Below, one piece after another: positions 1-9,915 of a stretch of DNA of 31,086 nucleotides. How positions within the stretch are numbered: position 1 is the first letter of the stretch; each line of letters starts with the position of its first letter. Source of the stretch: Cyanophora paradoxa CCMP329 (lineage: Eukaryota > Plantae > Glaucophyta). Under the pieces are notes generated by a model, which was not told the origin of the DNA, ran no database searches, and saw nothing but the letters and a program-made list of their open reading frames with translations. Where the stretch lies: positions 1 through 31,086 of the forward strand of contig QPMI01000346.1 in NCBI GenBank assembly GCA_004431415.1, given 5' to 3'. Both the position numbers and the translations under genes were made by a program.

Positions 1-41
1 CCCCCCCCCCCCCCCCCCCCCCGAACGCGCACCGCGCGCAG

Positions 42-3000
42 CTGTTCCTCGTCTCCTGCTGCAAGCGCGCCGAGGTGCCCCCGATCTTCCCGCCCCGCCC
101 CCTCGCCACCGAGCACGGAGCGGCAGGACACGGCCCGGTGGTATGATCGGTACATGATCGCCTGCTACGGACGCGACAAGGCGCGGGAGAAGGGCACCAA
201 CTTCGCCCCGGAGAGTGCGCCCGGCCCCGCCCCCGGCCCGCCGCGCGCCCGAGGCTCCCGGAGGCCATGCCCCCCCCAGGCTACGCGTGCGAGCAGTGGT
301 ACAAGGCGCTCTTCATCCACGAGCCGCCCGCCGAAGTGCGCGCGGGGTACCCCCCTCCGACTCGCCCGCCCTCCGACCCGCCTCGGGCGGCCGCCTTCAG
401 TACGGCGTGAACGACCCCGAGATCGACTTCGAGCGGGCGCGGAGCCGGCTGGCGCTGTGGATGGGGCAGCAGGGAGCGGGGCCGCCGGAGAAGCGGGCGC
501 GCTCGTCGACGCAGGAGGGCGGGGGCAGCGAGGGCGAGGGCGGCGACGACGAGGACGAGGAGTACGACGCGGACCACGGCGTCCAGGCCCGCCTCGCGCC
601 CCCGCCCCCCCTGCCCCCGCCCCGCACCCCCGGCAGGCGCCTCTCGAGCCGCCTCGTGCGCCGCGCAGTGGGTGCGGGGCGCCAGCGGTGCAGCCGTCTT
701 CCTGGCGATGGTCTGCTGGAGGGGCCAGCGGGTGCGGGCGCGCGTGCTGGGCCCCGCCCCCTCCGCCCCCGACGGGCCCCGCAGTTCTCGGCCTGGTGGA
801 AGGACGAAAAGGTGCCGGACGCCTCCGCGCAGATCCCCCCCAGACGCCCTCCTCAACGCCCCCTCCCCCGAAGGACGCCGCCCGCTGGCACGACCGCTTC
901 AGCATCGCCTGCTTCGGGCCGGCCGCCGCCGCCGCCCGCGGCCTCAACTTCGATGCCCGGCGTGCGACCCGCCCCTCCCCCGCGTGCGCCCCTCCTGCGC
1001 CCCGTCCGACGTACCCCTGCAGTGTACGAGGGGGAGGTGCGGGCGGGGCTCGCGCGCTGGGCACAGGGGCGGGGCGGGGCGGGGGCCGAGGGGTGCCGCA
1101 GGCGTGGTACAGGTCGCTGTTTCAGGAGAAGGGCCCGAAGGTGGCGCCCCGCCCCCCCTCGGAGGGAGGCGGCAGGGGCCGAAGCGGGGCCGGCAGGTGG
1201 GCGTCCACGACCCGTCGCCCCTCGGGGCCGGCGTGGGCCCGACCGGCGCCGCCCGCCTCAAAGCCTTCATGGCCTCGCACGGCGTGCCAGAGCCGGTGAG
1301 ATTCGAGCGTCCCCTTTCCCACTCGCCTCTCACACTCCGGGCAGGACGGGAGCCCCGAGGGGGTACCTAAGACCACTCCCAACGTGCAGACGGGCGCGCT
1401 CGCCCTCCCCTCCTGCCCTGTGCCCTCCGAGCGGGGCCGGCGCAGGGCGCATTTCCGTCCACGTCAAGTACCGCACCATCTTCGCCCAGGTCCGGCTCCC
1501 CAGGCGGCGGGATAGCGCAAGGGAGGGCGACGACGAGAGAACCCTTCGCGAGCGCAGGTCGGCTGGCGCGGCTCCCGCTTGAATCACACCGGCTGGGTCA
1601 ACGTCGACGTGCGCCCGTACCCCTCGGCCCAAAAGAGCGCGCACGGCCTTACTCGGACGCGCCCCGCGCGACGCAGAAGGCGGCGCGCTGGGTCGACCGC
1701 ATGGCCATCGCCTGCTGGGGCCCAGAGCTTGCTGAGGCTCGCCCCCTTGCTTTGCGCCCCGCACCCTGCTCCCCTCGAATCCCCTGATCCGTACCCCGCA
1801 GTGCCGCGGCCTGAACTTCCCCCTCGCCGGTTCGCGCGCGTAGCCCTCGCAAGCGGCCCCGCCCGCGGCGCGCTGAGCTCGGCGCGCCCGCCTCCCCTCA
1901 GACTACGAGGCCGAGTCTTTCTTCCGCGCCCTCTTCTCCGGCGCGCCTCCCCCAAAGGTGCGCCCCTGCAGAGGGGGGAGGAGGGGAGCAGGGAGGGAGG
2001 GAGGAGGGGTAGGGTTGTCGGGGGGAGGGGGCGTGAAGCGCGGGGCGGGGCGGGGGCAGGTCGGGTGGTACGACTCGAAGGCGGGGCGGGAGGACGCGAA
2101 GGCGGCCATGGCGCGCACGGACGCCTGGCTCGCCTCCTTCGGCCTCTCCGCGAAGGTCCGCCCCGCCGCCGGCCGCTGCTCCAGAGGCTGCGAGCCGTGC
2201 GCGACGGCCCGCGTGACCCCGCTGGGCGGCAGCAAACGGAGGGGGCGGCCGGCGGCGGCAAGAAGGAGCCCGGCCTCCTCCTCCCCTCTTCCTCCTCGCC
2301 CAGCAAGGCCGCCCCCGCCGCCCCCGCCGCCCCCGCCACCTCCTCGCCCGCCGCCCAGCCGCCTCGCGCTCCTCCCGCCCCCGCCGCCCCGCCGCCCGCC
2401 AGCTCTTCCGGCAAGACCACTCCATCCAAGTCCAAACCATCACCGCCGCGTGGGCCCCCGGCGCCCGCCCCCGCCCCAGCCCCCGCCCCCGTGCCCAGCC
2501 CCGCCGAGCCGGCGGCCTTGGCGGAGGCCCTCTGCCGCGGCTGCGGGCGGTACCTTCTCCACCACGAGAAGGCCAGCAGGCACTGCAGGCGCCCCCTCTC
2601 CCTCCTTGCCGACGGCATCTCGCGCTAACGCCCCCCGCAGCATGTGCCTCGCCAAGGAGTCGTTCAATCGGGCGGCCCCAGGGACCGCGCACCACACGGC
2701 CCCGCAGCAGTCCCAGCCGCCGCCGCCGCCGCCGCAGCAGCAGCAGCAGCAGCAGCAGGCTCAACAACAGCAGCAGCAGGCCCAGCCTCAGGCGCAGCAT
2801 CAGCCGCCGCATCCGCCGCCGCCGCCGCCGCAGCAGCAGCAGCAGCAGCAACCGCAGCAGTCGTCGGAGCCGCAGCTGATCGTGTTCACGCCGGCGGGCT
2901 ATTTCCCGCTGCTGCCGAGCGTGGTGCGGGGGGCGGTGGAGGCGGCGGGGGCGCCGTGGCGGCGGGGCGAGGGCTCCAAGGAGGCGGCCGCCCTCGCCGT

Positions 3001-3127
3001 CCTCTGCCTCCACTGCATGGGCGGCGGCGCCCTCTACGGCCAGGACCGCCTCCGCGGCTTCACCCAGGCCCCCTGCCCCGAGTGCAGCCCCCGCCCCCCC
3101 GCCCCGCCCCCCGTCGCCACCTCCTAG
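42..3127 (+). CDS. Multi-exon protein (5' end outside window) with at least 3 divergent AP2/ERF-like repeats, a Pro/Ala linker, polyP/polyQ tracts and CxxC motifs; putative DNA-binding regulator
   Basis: Manual splicing: exons 42-74, 127-214, 280-335, 401-586, 669-731, 785-811, 874-961, 1023-1036, 1102-1140, 1197-1295, ~1345-1393, 1446-1489, 1558-1608, 1677-1736, 1802-1829, 1902-1957, 2060-2155, 2233-2579, 2641-3127. This gives DTARWYDRYMIACYG..GTNF, DAARWHDRFSIACFG..GLNF and KAARWVDRMAIACWG..GLNF, resembling the AP2 helix consensus EAARAYDRAA..RG..A.LNF. Stop TAG at 3125-3127. Confidence 0.7.
2717..2851 (+). repeat. Two compound (CCG)n(CAG)n trinucleotide tracts encoding polyP-polyQ
   Basis: Directly visible at ~2717-2758 and ~2813-2851. 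Confidence 0.95.
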
Positions 3128-3204
3128 CCCTCCACCTCCCCAGCCAGCTCCCGAGGCCCGCCTCCCGTCCGGTTCAGTTCAATTCGATGGAACGCTGTGG
3201 GGCG

Positions 3205-5639
3205 TCAGGGCGCCGGGGCGGCAGCGCCGGGCTCCGGGAGGGCGCAGGAGCGGGCCGGCTTGACCCACACGCGCTCGTCGGCGTGGGCAGGCGGCCGGTG
3301 CGGGGCCAGCTCGCCGCCGCGCCACTCGAGGAGCGGGGAGGAGGGCGCCGGCGCCCCGCCCTCGCTCTCGGGCTCAGGAGCGACGCGGTCGCGGCGGGCG
3401 AGGAGCTCGGGGGGGAGGCGGGAGAGGCGGGCCGAGAGGCGCGGGGCGTTGAGGCAGGCCCGCGAGCAGGTGCTCGCCGTCCGCGCCCGGCACCCCGCGC
3501 AGCACCGGTACATGCAGTTGCAGTCCACGTTCGCGCACTAGGGGCGGTTGAGTTAGTTTAGAGGGGGGATGGAAGAAGAGGGAGATGCGCTCGCCTGGGT
3601 CCAGTCGTCGGAGGGGGTGCGGCAGTGCAGGCAGACGCCCTTCTCGGCGGACGGCGCCGCCCGCGCCCGCGCCTCCGGATTGGCCTCGTAGAAGCTGGAA
3701 GGGGTACCCCTCCCGCGTCGGATCGAGTGGGGGGGGGGGAGGGGGGGGGGGGGGGGGCGGCGGAGGTACCTCGTGGGAGAGTCGAGGGGAGCCGCGGCGG
3801 CGGCGTTGGGCTCGTGGGGGGAGGGGGCGAGGGGCACCGTCAGCCTGCGAGCGGGGATCGAGTCGTGCCGGGTACGCAGCAAGCAGAATGGGAGGAGAAA
3901 ACAAGGGTGGTACCGGTCGTCGAAGACGTACAGCCGCCCCGTCCACTGAGCGTCCCCCTCCTGCGCCCCGTAGCTGCGCACCGGCGGCCTTCGAGCGCGG
4001 GGAGATGGGGAGGCGGCGGGGGGTACGAGGCGCACTTGATGATGCCGCCCTTCAGCTGGTGCACGTTGTCGAATCCCTGCGGGGGCAAGTTCAGGGAGAA
4101 GTCGGAAGAGCGTTACAGGGGGTACACCGCGCTCGCCTGCTGGCGGAGGTAGGCGGAGTAGATCTCGCAGCGAATACCCCCGGTGCAGCACATCAGCAGC
4201 TGATCCGAGCGCGTCGGGGCACGGAGGGGAAACAAAATGGCACAGGGGTAGGAGGGGGTACCTTGGTCTTGTCGGAGGTGAGCCTACCCCGGAGCTCGTC
4301 GAGGAACTCCGTCTCCTCGAACTCCTTAAAAGTGTCCAGCTCTGGGGGGTACATGGTCAGATTGGATCAGGGAAAGGCGCGGGGGCGAGACGGGGGTACC
4401 TGGCAGAATGACGGTGTTCTCCTTTGCGCTCACGAAATGGCCAATCTGCGGCGCAAGGGTACTCGGAACGGAGGAACTCAAGAAGACGCCGCGCGGGGAT
4501 TCGAGGCGCGGACCTTCCACTCGTACTCGTTGCGGACGTCGACGAGGACGAACTCCTCGTCGGGGTCCGCCAGGGTGCGCCGCCACTCCGCTGGCGTCAT
4601 GTAGTGTCCTGGGGGGTACAGGAGGCTCAGGGGGGGACGAGAGAGTGGAGGCTCCAATTGCAAGGGGTACGCGCACCGCGCTTGCTCATGTCGATCTTGT
4701 TGTCGAAGGTGCCCACGAGGCTCTGCAGTGCGGCGCAGGACCTGGTTAGAGGCGCTGGAGCAGTATTCAGGGGTAGGGGTCCGGCCTGGCCTTTTTCGTC
4801 TTGACGCTCACTGCGGCGAGGCGACGGGCCGGGACGCGGGCGGCGAGGCTTCAGCTCGGGGCGACGGGACGCGCAGGAGAGGATGTGCGTACTCTTGGGG
4901 AAGACGAAGGTCTCGGTGGGGTAGATGACGAAGGAGACGTCCTTGAAGCGCTCGTCGCCGCGGAGCCAGGCGGCGTACTCGTCCACGCTCGCGCGCCGCC
5001 CGCTGATCTGCCCGTTCATGCCGTACGTCGTGAAGTGGATGCGCCCGCGCAGCTCCTTCCCCTTCAGCCACTGCGGCGCGCGTCGGCCGCGGGAGGGGCC
5101 GCGCGCTTGAGCGCTCGAGCTGACGAACCGCCTTCTGCGCCGCGACCTCCGCCTGGGGATCCGGGAAGGCGCAGGAGAGGTTGTAGAACGTTGCAATAAC
5201 GAACTCCGAGGGGCCGGCCGAGTCCGAGGGGCCCGCCGCGACGGCGTCCCGAACCGCGGGGCCGCTCTGCTTGGCGGCGAGCTCGAGCCTCGAAACTGAA
5301 GAAGCGAGCTGCGTGCATGGGCAGGCGATCAGCGTCGCGTACGCGTGTGGACCTCTCGCGGCTGGGCGGCGCGCGGACCTGTCGCAACTGCAGCTGGCCA
5401 TGGCCCGCCAGGCCTTGACGCGGGCCACCTGGCCACTGGAGGCCGAACGCGCCGCCGAAGAAGGAGCGGCTGCCCCTGACTCTGTCTGAGAAGAAGGAGC
5501 TCCTGCTCGCGCTGGCGCTGGCCTGCCTTGAGCCCGTGCGCTCGAGCAGCGCGTTGCAGCATCTCGCTGCCCCGATCGCCAAGAACCGATTCGCCGCGGC
5601 TCCAGTTGTGCTCGCTGGAAGTGCTACGTATCCGTGCAT
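3205..5639 (-). CDS. trhO: Rhodanese-domain protein of the TrhO/YceA/UPF0176 family (tRNA U34 hydroxylase-like), with a putative plastid transit peptide
   Basis: Spliced product contains LRGRIHFTTYGMNGQISG, FPKMSVKTKKSLV, VLVDVRNEYEWKIGHF, MCCTGGIRCE (family motif YCTGGIRCE), HQLKGGIINY and GRLYVFDDR. It ends in the Cys-rich Rhodanese_C region CLHC..CANVDCN..CCAGC..CSRAC. ATG at 5639, stop at 3205-3207. Confidence 0.88.
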
Positions 5640-5726
5640 CGGGGCGCGCGCGCCGCGTTCCTTCGTGCAGGATCAAATGTCCTCTCCCCGGAGTCGAACC
5701 CAGGGTGGGCTGAGACTCGGAATGAC

Positions 5727-5754
5727 GCCGCCGATTTCGCGCCGCCGATTTCGC
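5727..5754. repeat. Perfect 14-bp tandem duplication (GCCGCCGATTTCGC)2 upstream of the TrhO-like ATG
   Basis: Directly visible. Confidence 0.9.
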
Positions 5755-5892
5755 ACCGTCCGTCGCGATCGAGGGCCGGCGCCTGGCGACGGCAGCGCTA
5801 CCGGTATAGCTCGCGCGCAACGGGGATGCCGAATCTCTCTTTCGATTAGAGTCTGCAGGCTCGCGTTCGAATTCAAGCTTAAGCTCTGCGCC

Positions 5893-5919
5893 TGATCATG
5901 ATCATGATCATGATCATGA
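5893..5919. repeat. Palindromic hexamer microsatellite (TGATCA)4 plus TGA
   Basis: The sequence reads tgatcatgatcatgatcatgatcatga. Confidence 0.95.
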
Positions 5920-6166
5920 GTACCGTAGACTCGGCTTGATCTGCGCCGTAGCTTGTGCGCGAAATTTGGTGCTGGTTTGGTACAGACTGAGGCCGGCTCG
6001 GGGCCCGGCACTCAGGGCTCCTAATATAACTGACGTTTCCGAACCGCGCAAGCGGCCGCGGGCTACCGAAGTTCGAGGCTGCCGCGGCGGCGCGCGGAGT
6101 GCATGCGCACTGCGGCACGATAGCGACGACGTCGAGTCGCCTCCGGATCCAGTCCTAGGCGCGGCC

Positions 6167-7702
6167 TCACTTGATGAACCACCTGTGCGGCCACGTGCAC
6201 GTCCGCTTGTCAACAGTACTAGCTATAGTACGGGCGCCCGGCGCGCGCAGCCAACGGGCGGTGGCCGGGGTTCGCACCAGGAGGGCCAGCCGACGCCGCC
6301 CGGGGAGCGCTCCTTCATGCACTCCGAGCAGTTCGGCGCGCACGTCGAGAGGCACTGCGCATGCGCGATCGCGAGCGCTCAGTTCCTGATCATGAAAATC
6401 GAATCAACAGATCCATGAAAGCCTTGAGAAAAACGCGCCTCGGTTGCGCGCACGACGCGCGGCAGCTTCTGCGCGAACGCGTCGACGGCCGATCGGACGC
6501 CGAACTCGCCGGCGTCGACGAGGCCGTCCACGTAGTCGTGGCCCGCGAAGAGCCCTCCCTTCTTCAACTTCGGATACCTGGCCCGCGCGCGTGCCAGTCG
6601 GCTGCATAGCCATGGCCATAGTAATTTAAACAAGATACGGATAATCGTGCGAAGAAAATTATACGCGAAATGGAATATTTTCACAGCGAGCAAAATGCAA
6701 ATCTAAATTAGGGGGGAAGGGATAGATATAGGCCTCTAGTTTCAGTTTCTCTGCGGTTTCGAAAGCGGGGTCGCGCACCAGGCGGCTAGGTCCTCGTCAA
6801 CGCCGGCGCGGTCGTGGCGCCCGTCGACGTACACGAAGTCCAGCGAGCCGTCCTCGAACTGCTTGGCGGCCTCGACGGAGAACTTGCGCACCGCCGCCAC
6901 GCGCGTCCCGAAGCGCGCCATGCGGGCCATCGCCGCCTGCTCGAATTCAAGCGCAAGGATCACGATCAGCGCAAAAAATCGAATGCACGTTGTAGATCTC
7001 GTTTTGCTTGGAGTCGTCCTTGTTCGCAGCGTCGACGTACAGCGTGTCGTCCTGGTGAGTCCACTGCGCAAAGTTGGCATGAAGGGCCTGGTGAATCCGG
7101 TCCTTCGCCCAAAGTACAGGCTATAGATTCGCTATGAAGGGCGCGAAATCGCACCGGGTCGACGAGGTAGAGCTTCTGGCCTTCCCTGAGAAGCGCGTCA
7201 GCTCAGGCAGTCGCTCAGCTCAGGCTCGAGAGGCACCAGGTACTGAGAATCATCTCTGCGTGGATTGCATATTGCACCCCGATCTCCACGCCCACGCCTG
7301 ATGCATGATCATGATCAATTGTGCACCGCAAAATTGCACCGAGGAGGAGCCGGCACGCCTTTGAGGCCCAGAACGTTCAAAGCCGCGCCGAAGCCCGCAC
7401 GACCCGAACTGAGCGCTGAAGAAAGAGTTTTCGAACCGCGTGAAATGCCGCAGTGCGGGAATGCGCTTAAGCGCACCGTTTGAGGAGAGCACGCGTCTAG
7501 CCGAAGCCTCCGCTTTCTCGGCCGCTTCCAGGCTCTCAAAAGAAGCATCGGTGTGAATGCTGCTCTTGTGCTCGATGCCCTCGATTTCGATGGGCGGGGC
7601 GACCTCCGCCGACGAGAAGGCGTTCGTCAGAAAAATGGCGGTGGCCGAGAGGAGCAGGAGCGCCACAACGGCCCGCGCGATCGCCTGCGACTGGGGCTTC
7701 AT
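6167..7702 (-). CDS. Class I SAM-dependent methyltransferase (Methyltransf_24-like) with an N-terminal signal anchor
   Basis: N-terminus MKPQSQAIARAVVALLLLSATAIFLTNAF is hydrophobic. Spliced motifs: GVGVEIGVQYA (motif I), LYLVDPW, SLDFVYVDGRHD, DLAAWYPKLKKGGLFAGHDY, FGVRSAVDAF. The protein ends WPSWWFIK* (stop 6167-6169). Confidence 0.85.
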
Positions 7703-7760
7703 TTCGCGATCGGAATTGCCGGCCGCCGCTTCTCAAATGCGCATGCGTCTCCTTGCCTTG

Positions 7761-7832
7761 CCCCCCCCCCCCCCCCCCCCCCCCCCGGCCCCTTCTAGTT
7801 ATTCCTATAGCTAGCTATATATATATATATAT
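7761..7832. repeat. Poly-C (26 nt) followed by a (TA)n tract in the divergent methyltransferase/BTB spacer
   Basis: C run at 7761-7786; TA repeat at 7816-7832. Confidence 0.95.
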
Positions 7833-8238
7833 CTTCTCTCCGATCCTCGATCCCCATCGATCATCTCTTCTGCATTTTCCCCTATATATTAAAATTTCTC
7901 CCCTGCAGCTGGCGTGGTTCGATCCGCGGCCTCTCTCAGTTGCAGTATCGCGAGCTCGCGCTCGAGTGCAGATATATATCGCGATCGATCCGGCCGGAGG
8001 CCACTCTCGTCAGCTCAGTGGCTTTGATTTCGTTGCAGTTAGTCATGATCAGGCCCCTCTCGTTAGCTTTCGTCTGCGTCGAGCGCTAGCTTGTTGCTCG
8101 CAGCTGGACTTCGACTTCTCGTCAGTTTTTCAAGTTTCTCGGCAGTTAGTTCTCGCGATCGACTCTCGCGCCCGGTCGGCGAGTTGCTTTTCTCGCGCAG
8201 CATCGAGCTCGCGTCGTATACGTATCCGCGGCCGCGCG

Positions 8239-9786
8239 ATGTCGACATCGCAGACGCTCTACCATTGCCCTTCGTGCCAGATGTATGCGGCAGAAGACAC
8301 GGCTGTGCGGATGACGAACTGCTATGGGGACTTGTGGTACAGGTGCGGCAAGTGCGGAAAGCAGCTCGGCCTCCCCGTCGCATTCCACACGGACCGCAAG
8401 CTGGAGGAGGTGGTGGCGGCCGCGGACGCCGTGAAGGCCGCCGCGGGGACGCGGAGGCAGCTAGAGGACCTGCGGCTCGACTTCGGCGATCTCTTCGAGC
8501 GCTGCTGCGTCCGGGGAGAGGCCACCGCGCTCGGCATCGCCGCCGACGTCCTCCTCTCCTCGCGCCCCGACGCCGACCTCGCCGATTGTGGTCGCGAATT
8601 CGACGAAGGTGCGCGAGTGAGCGTTTTGAACTTCTTCGATTCAAATTCGCGGTCCAGAAATGTCTCAAGCTCGTATTCTGTGACAGGCAACATCGATCTT
8701 CAATCTCGGTCCTCCGCGCAGATGACATCGCTATCGCTCGATTGCCGCAAAATGCAGGTGCGATCTTTTATTGATATAGCTCGCGATCGTTTCTATTTAC
8801 TAACTTAGTAAGTTATTTGCTTCTTCAGATACATGCGCATTCGTTCATACTCAAGGTGCGAAATATAATTCACGAGGCCTCCAGGCGTGCACGTGGTAGG
8901 GTTTCGCAATGGAATATATTCAAACTATTTTGCAGGCCCGCTGTGAGGTTTTTCGCGCGATGCTGTGCGTCAAGGTTTGCGCTCTTTATTCATCTCTGGC
9001 ATTCTCAGTTTCGTTTCTATTCATCATCGTCGCCTCGGCGATGCGAACTAATATTTGTGCGCTACATATCGGGGGCCTGTTCTTCCCCACAAAGATGCGG
9101 GAGGCGGCAAGCGGGGAGGTCGACGCGACGGCCTTCAGAAAGAGCACCGTCCTCGCGCTCCTCCGCTACCTCTACACCGCCGAGGCGCGCTTCGAAATTC
9201 TGCTGTGCAAAATTTAAACTGCTGCCCCAGGCCGTCGCCTAGCAGAACAGCGGCTGCCAGCTGCAGGCTGCTCTGCTGAATCATTGAATTGCCAGAAAAG
9301 AAACTCCCTGATCGGTGGCCATGGGTCAGTTGACGTTGGGTGTCGGGGGCAGATCCAGCAGAGCCTGACGGCCATCGACCTCGTCGACCTGATCCGGGCG
9401 GCCCACTATTACCAGCTCCCGCGGCTCTTGAGCGGCTGCGTCGACCGCCTCGCCGCGTGCGAGGAGTTGACGCCGGAGGATGCCTTCCAGATTTTCGTCG
9501 CCACCCGCGGCCTCGCTTCATCAACAACCGATCAAAACGTGCATTCAGATGCAGAGGATCCGCTGCAAAATGCGCGCTCGTTTCATTTCAACTCCGCGAA
9601 TTTCGCGAGACAATCGAGCCGACCGCCTCGCGCCGATCGCAAAAAATCGCGCAGATGCGGCGGGTGGCGAAGAGGGCGCTGCGGGCGGGGTGGCGGGGCC
9701 TGCTGGAGGGCCCGGCGCTGGACGCCCTCGTCGCCGCGGGGGCGGCGGACGTCGTGAAAGACCTCCTCGCCCTCCTCCTCGAGTGA
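8239..9786 (+). CDS. BTB/POZ-domain protein with an N-terminal CxxC..CxxC zinc-ribbon-like segment
   Basis: Spliced IHAHSFILK|ARCEVFRAMLCVK|MREAASGEV..LALLRYLYT..LIRAAHYYQLPRLLSGC matches the BTB consensus. The N-terminus has CPSC and CGKC. Stop TGA at 9784-9786; the last introns are less certain. Confidence 0.82.
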
Positions 9787-9915
9787 CGCGCAGCCCGGCC
9801 CCGCCCGCCCACGCCATCTTCTCTCCCCGGCCCCCTCATCCCCTCCATCTGCGACTAGTACTGCAAGCGTGATCTTGAGTGATCGAGCCCCCGCCTGCAC
9901 AGCCACGCCCCCAAT

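Noticed and set aside
1-22. Poly-C run at the window start, and other C/G runs (3729-3757, 7761-7786, ~12828-12848, ~23502-23517), as telomere or element ends
   Set aside because: They lie in introns or spacers, with no terminal inverted repeats, target-site duplications or transposase/RT coding sequence nearby.
5936-6418. 160-aa plus-strand ORF between the TrhO-like and methyltransferase genes
   Set aside because: It has a non-ATG start, no recognisable motif, and overlaps the last exons and 3' region of the minus-strand methyltransferase.
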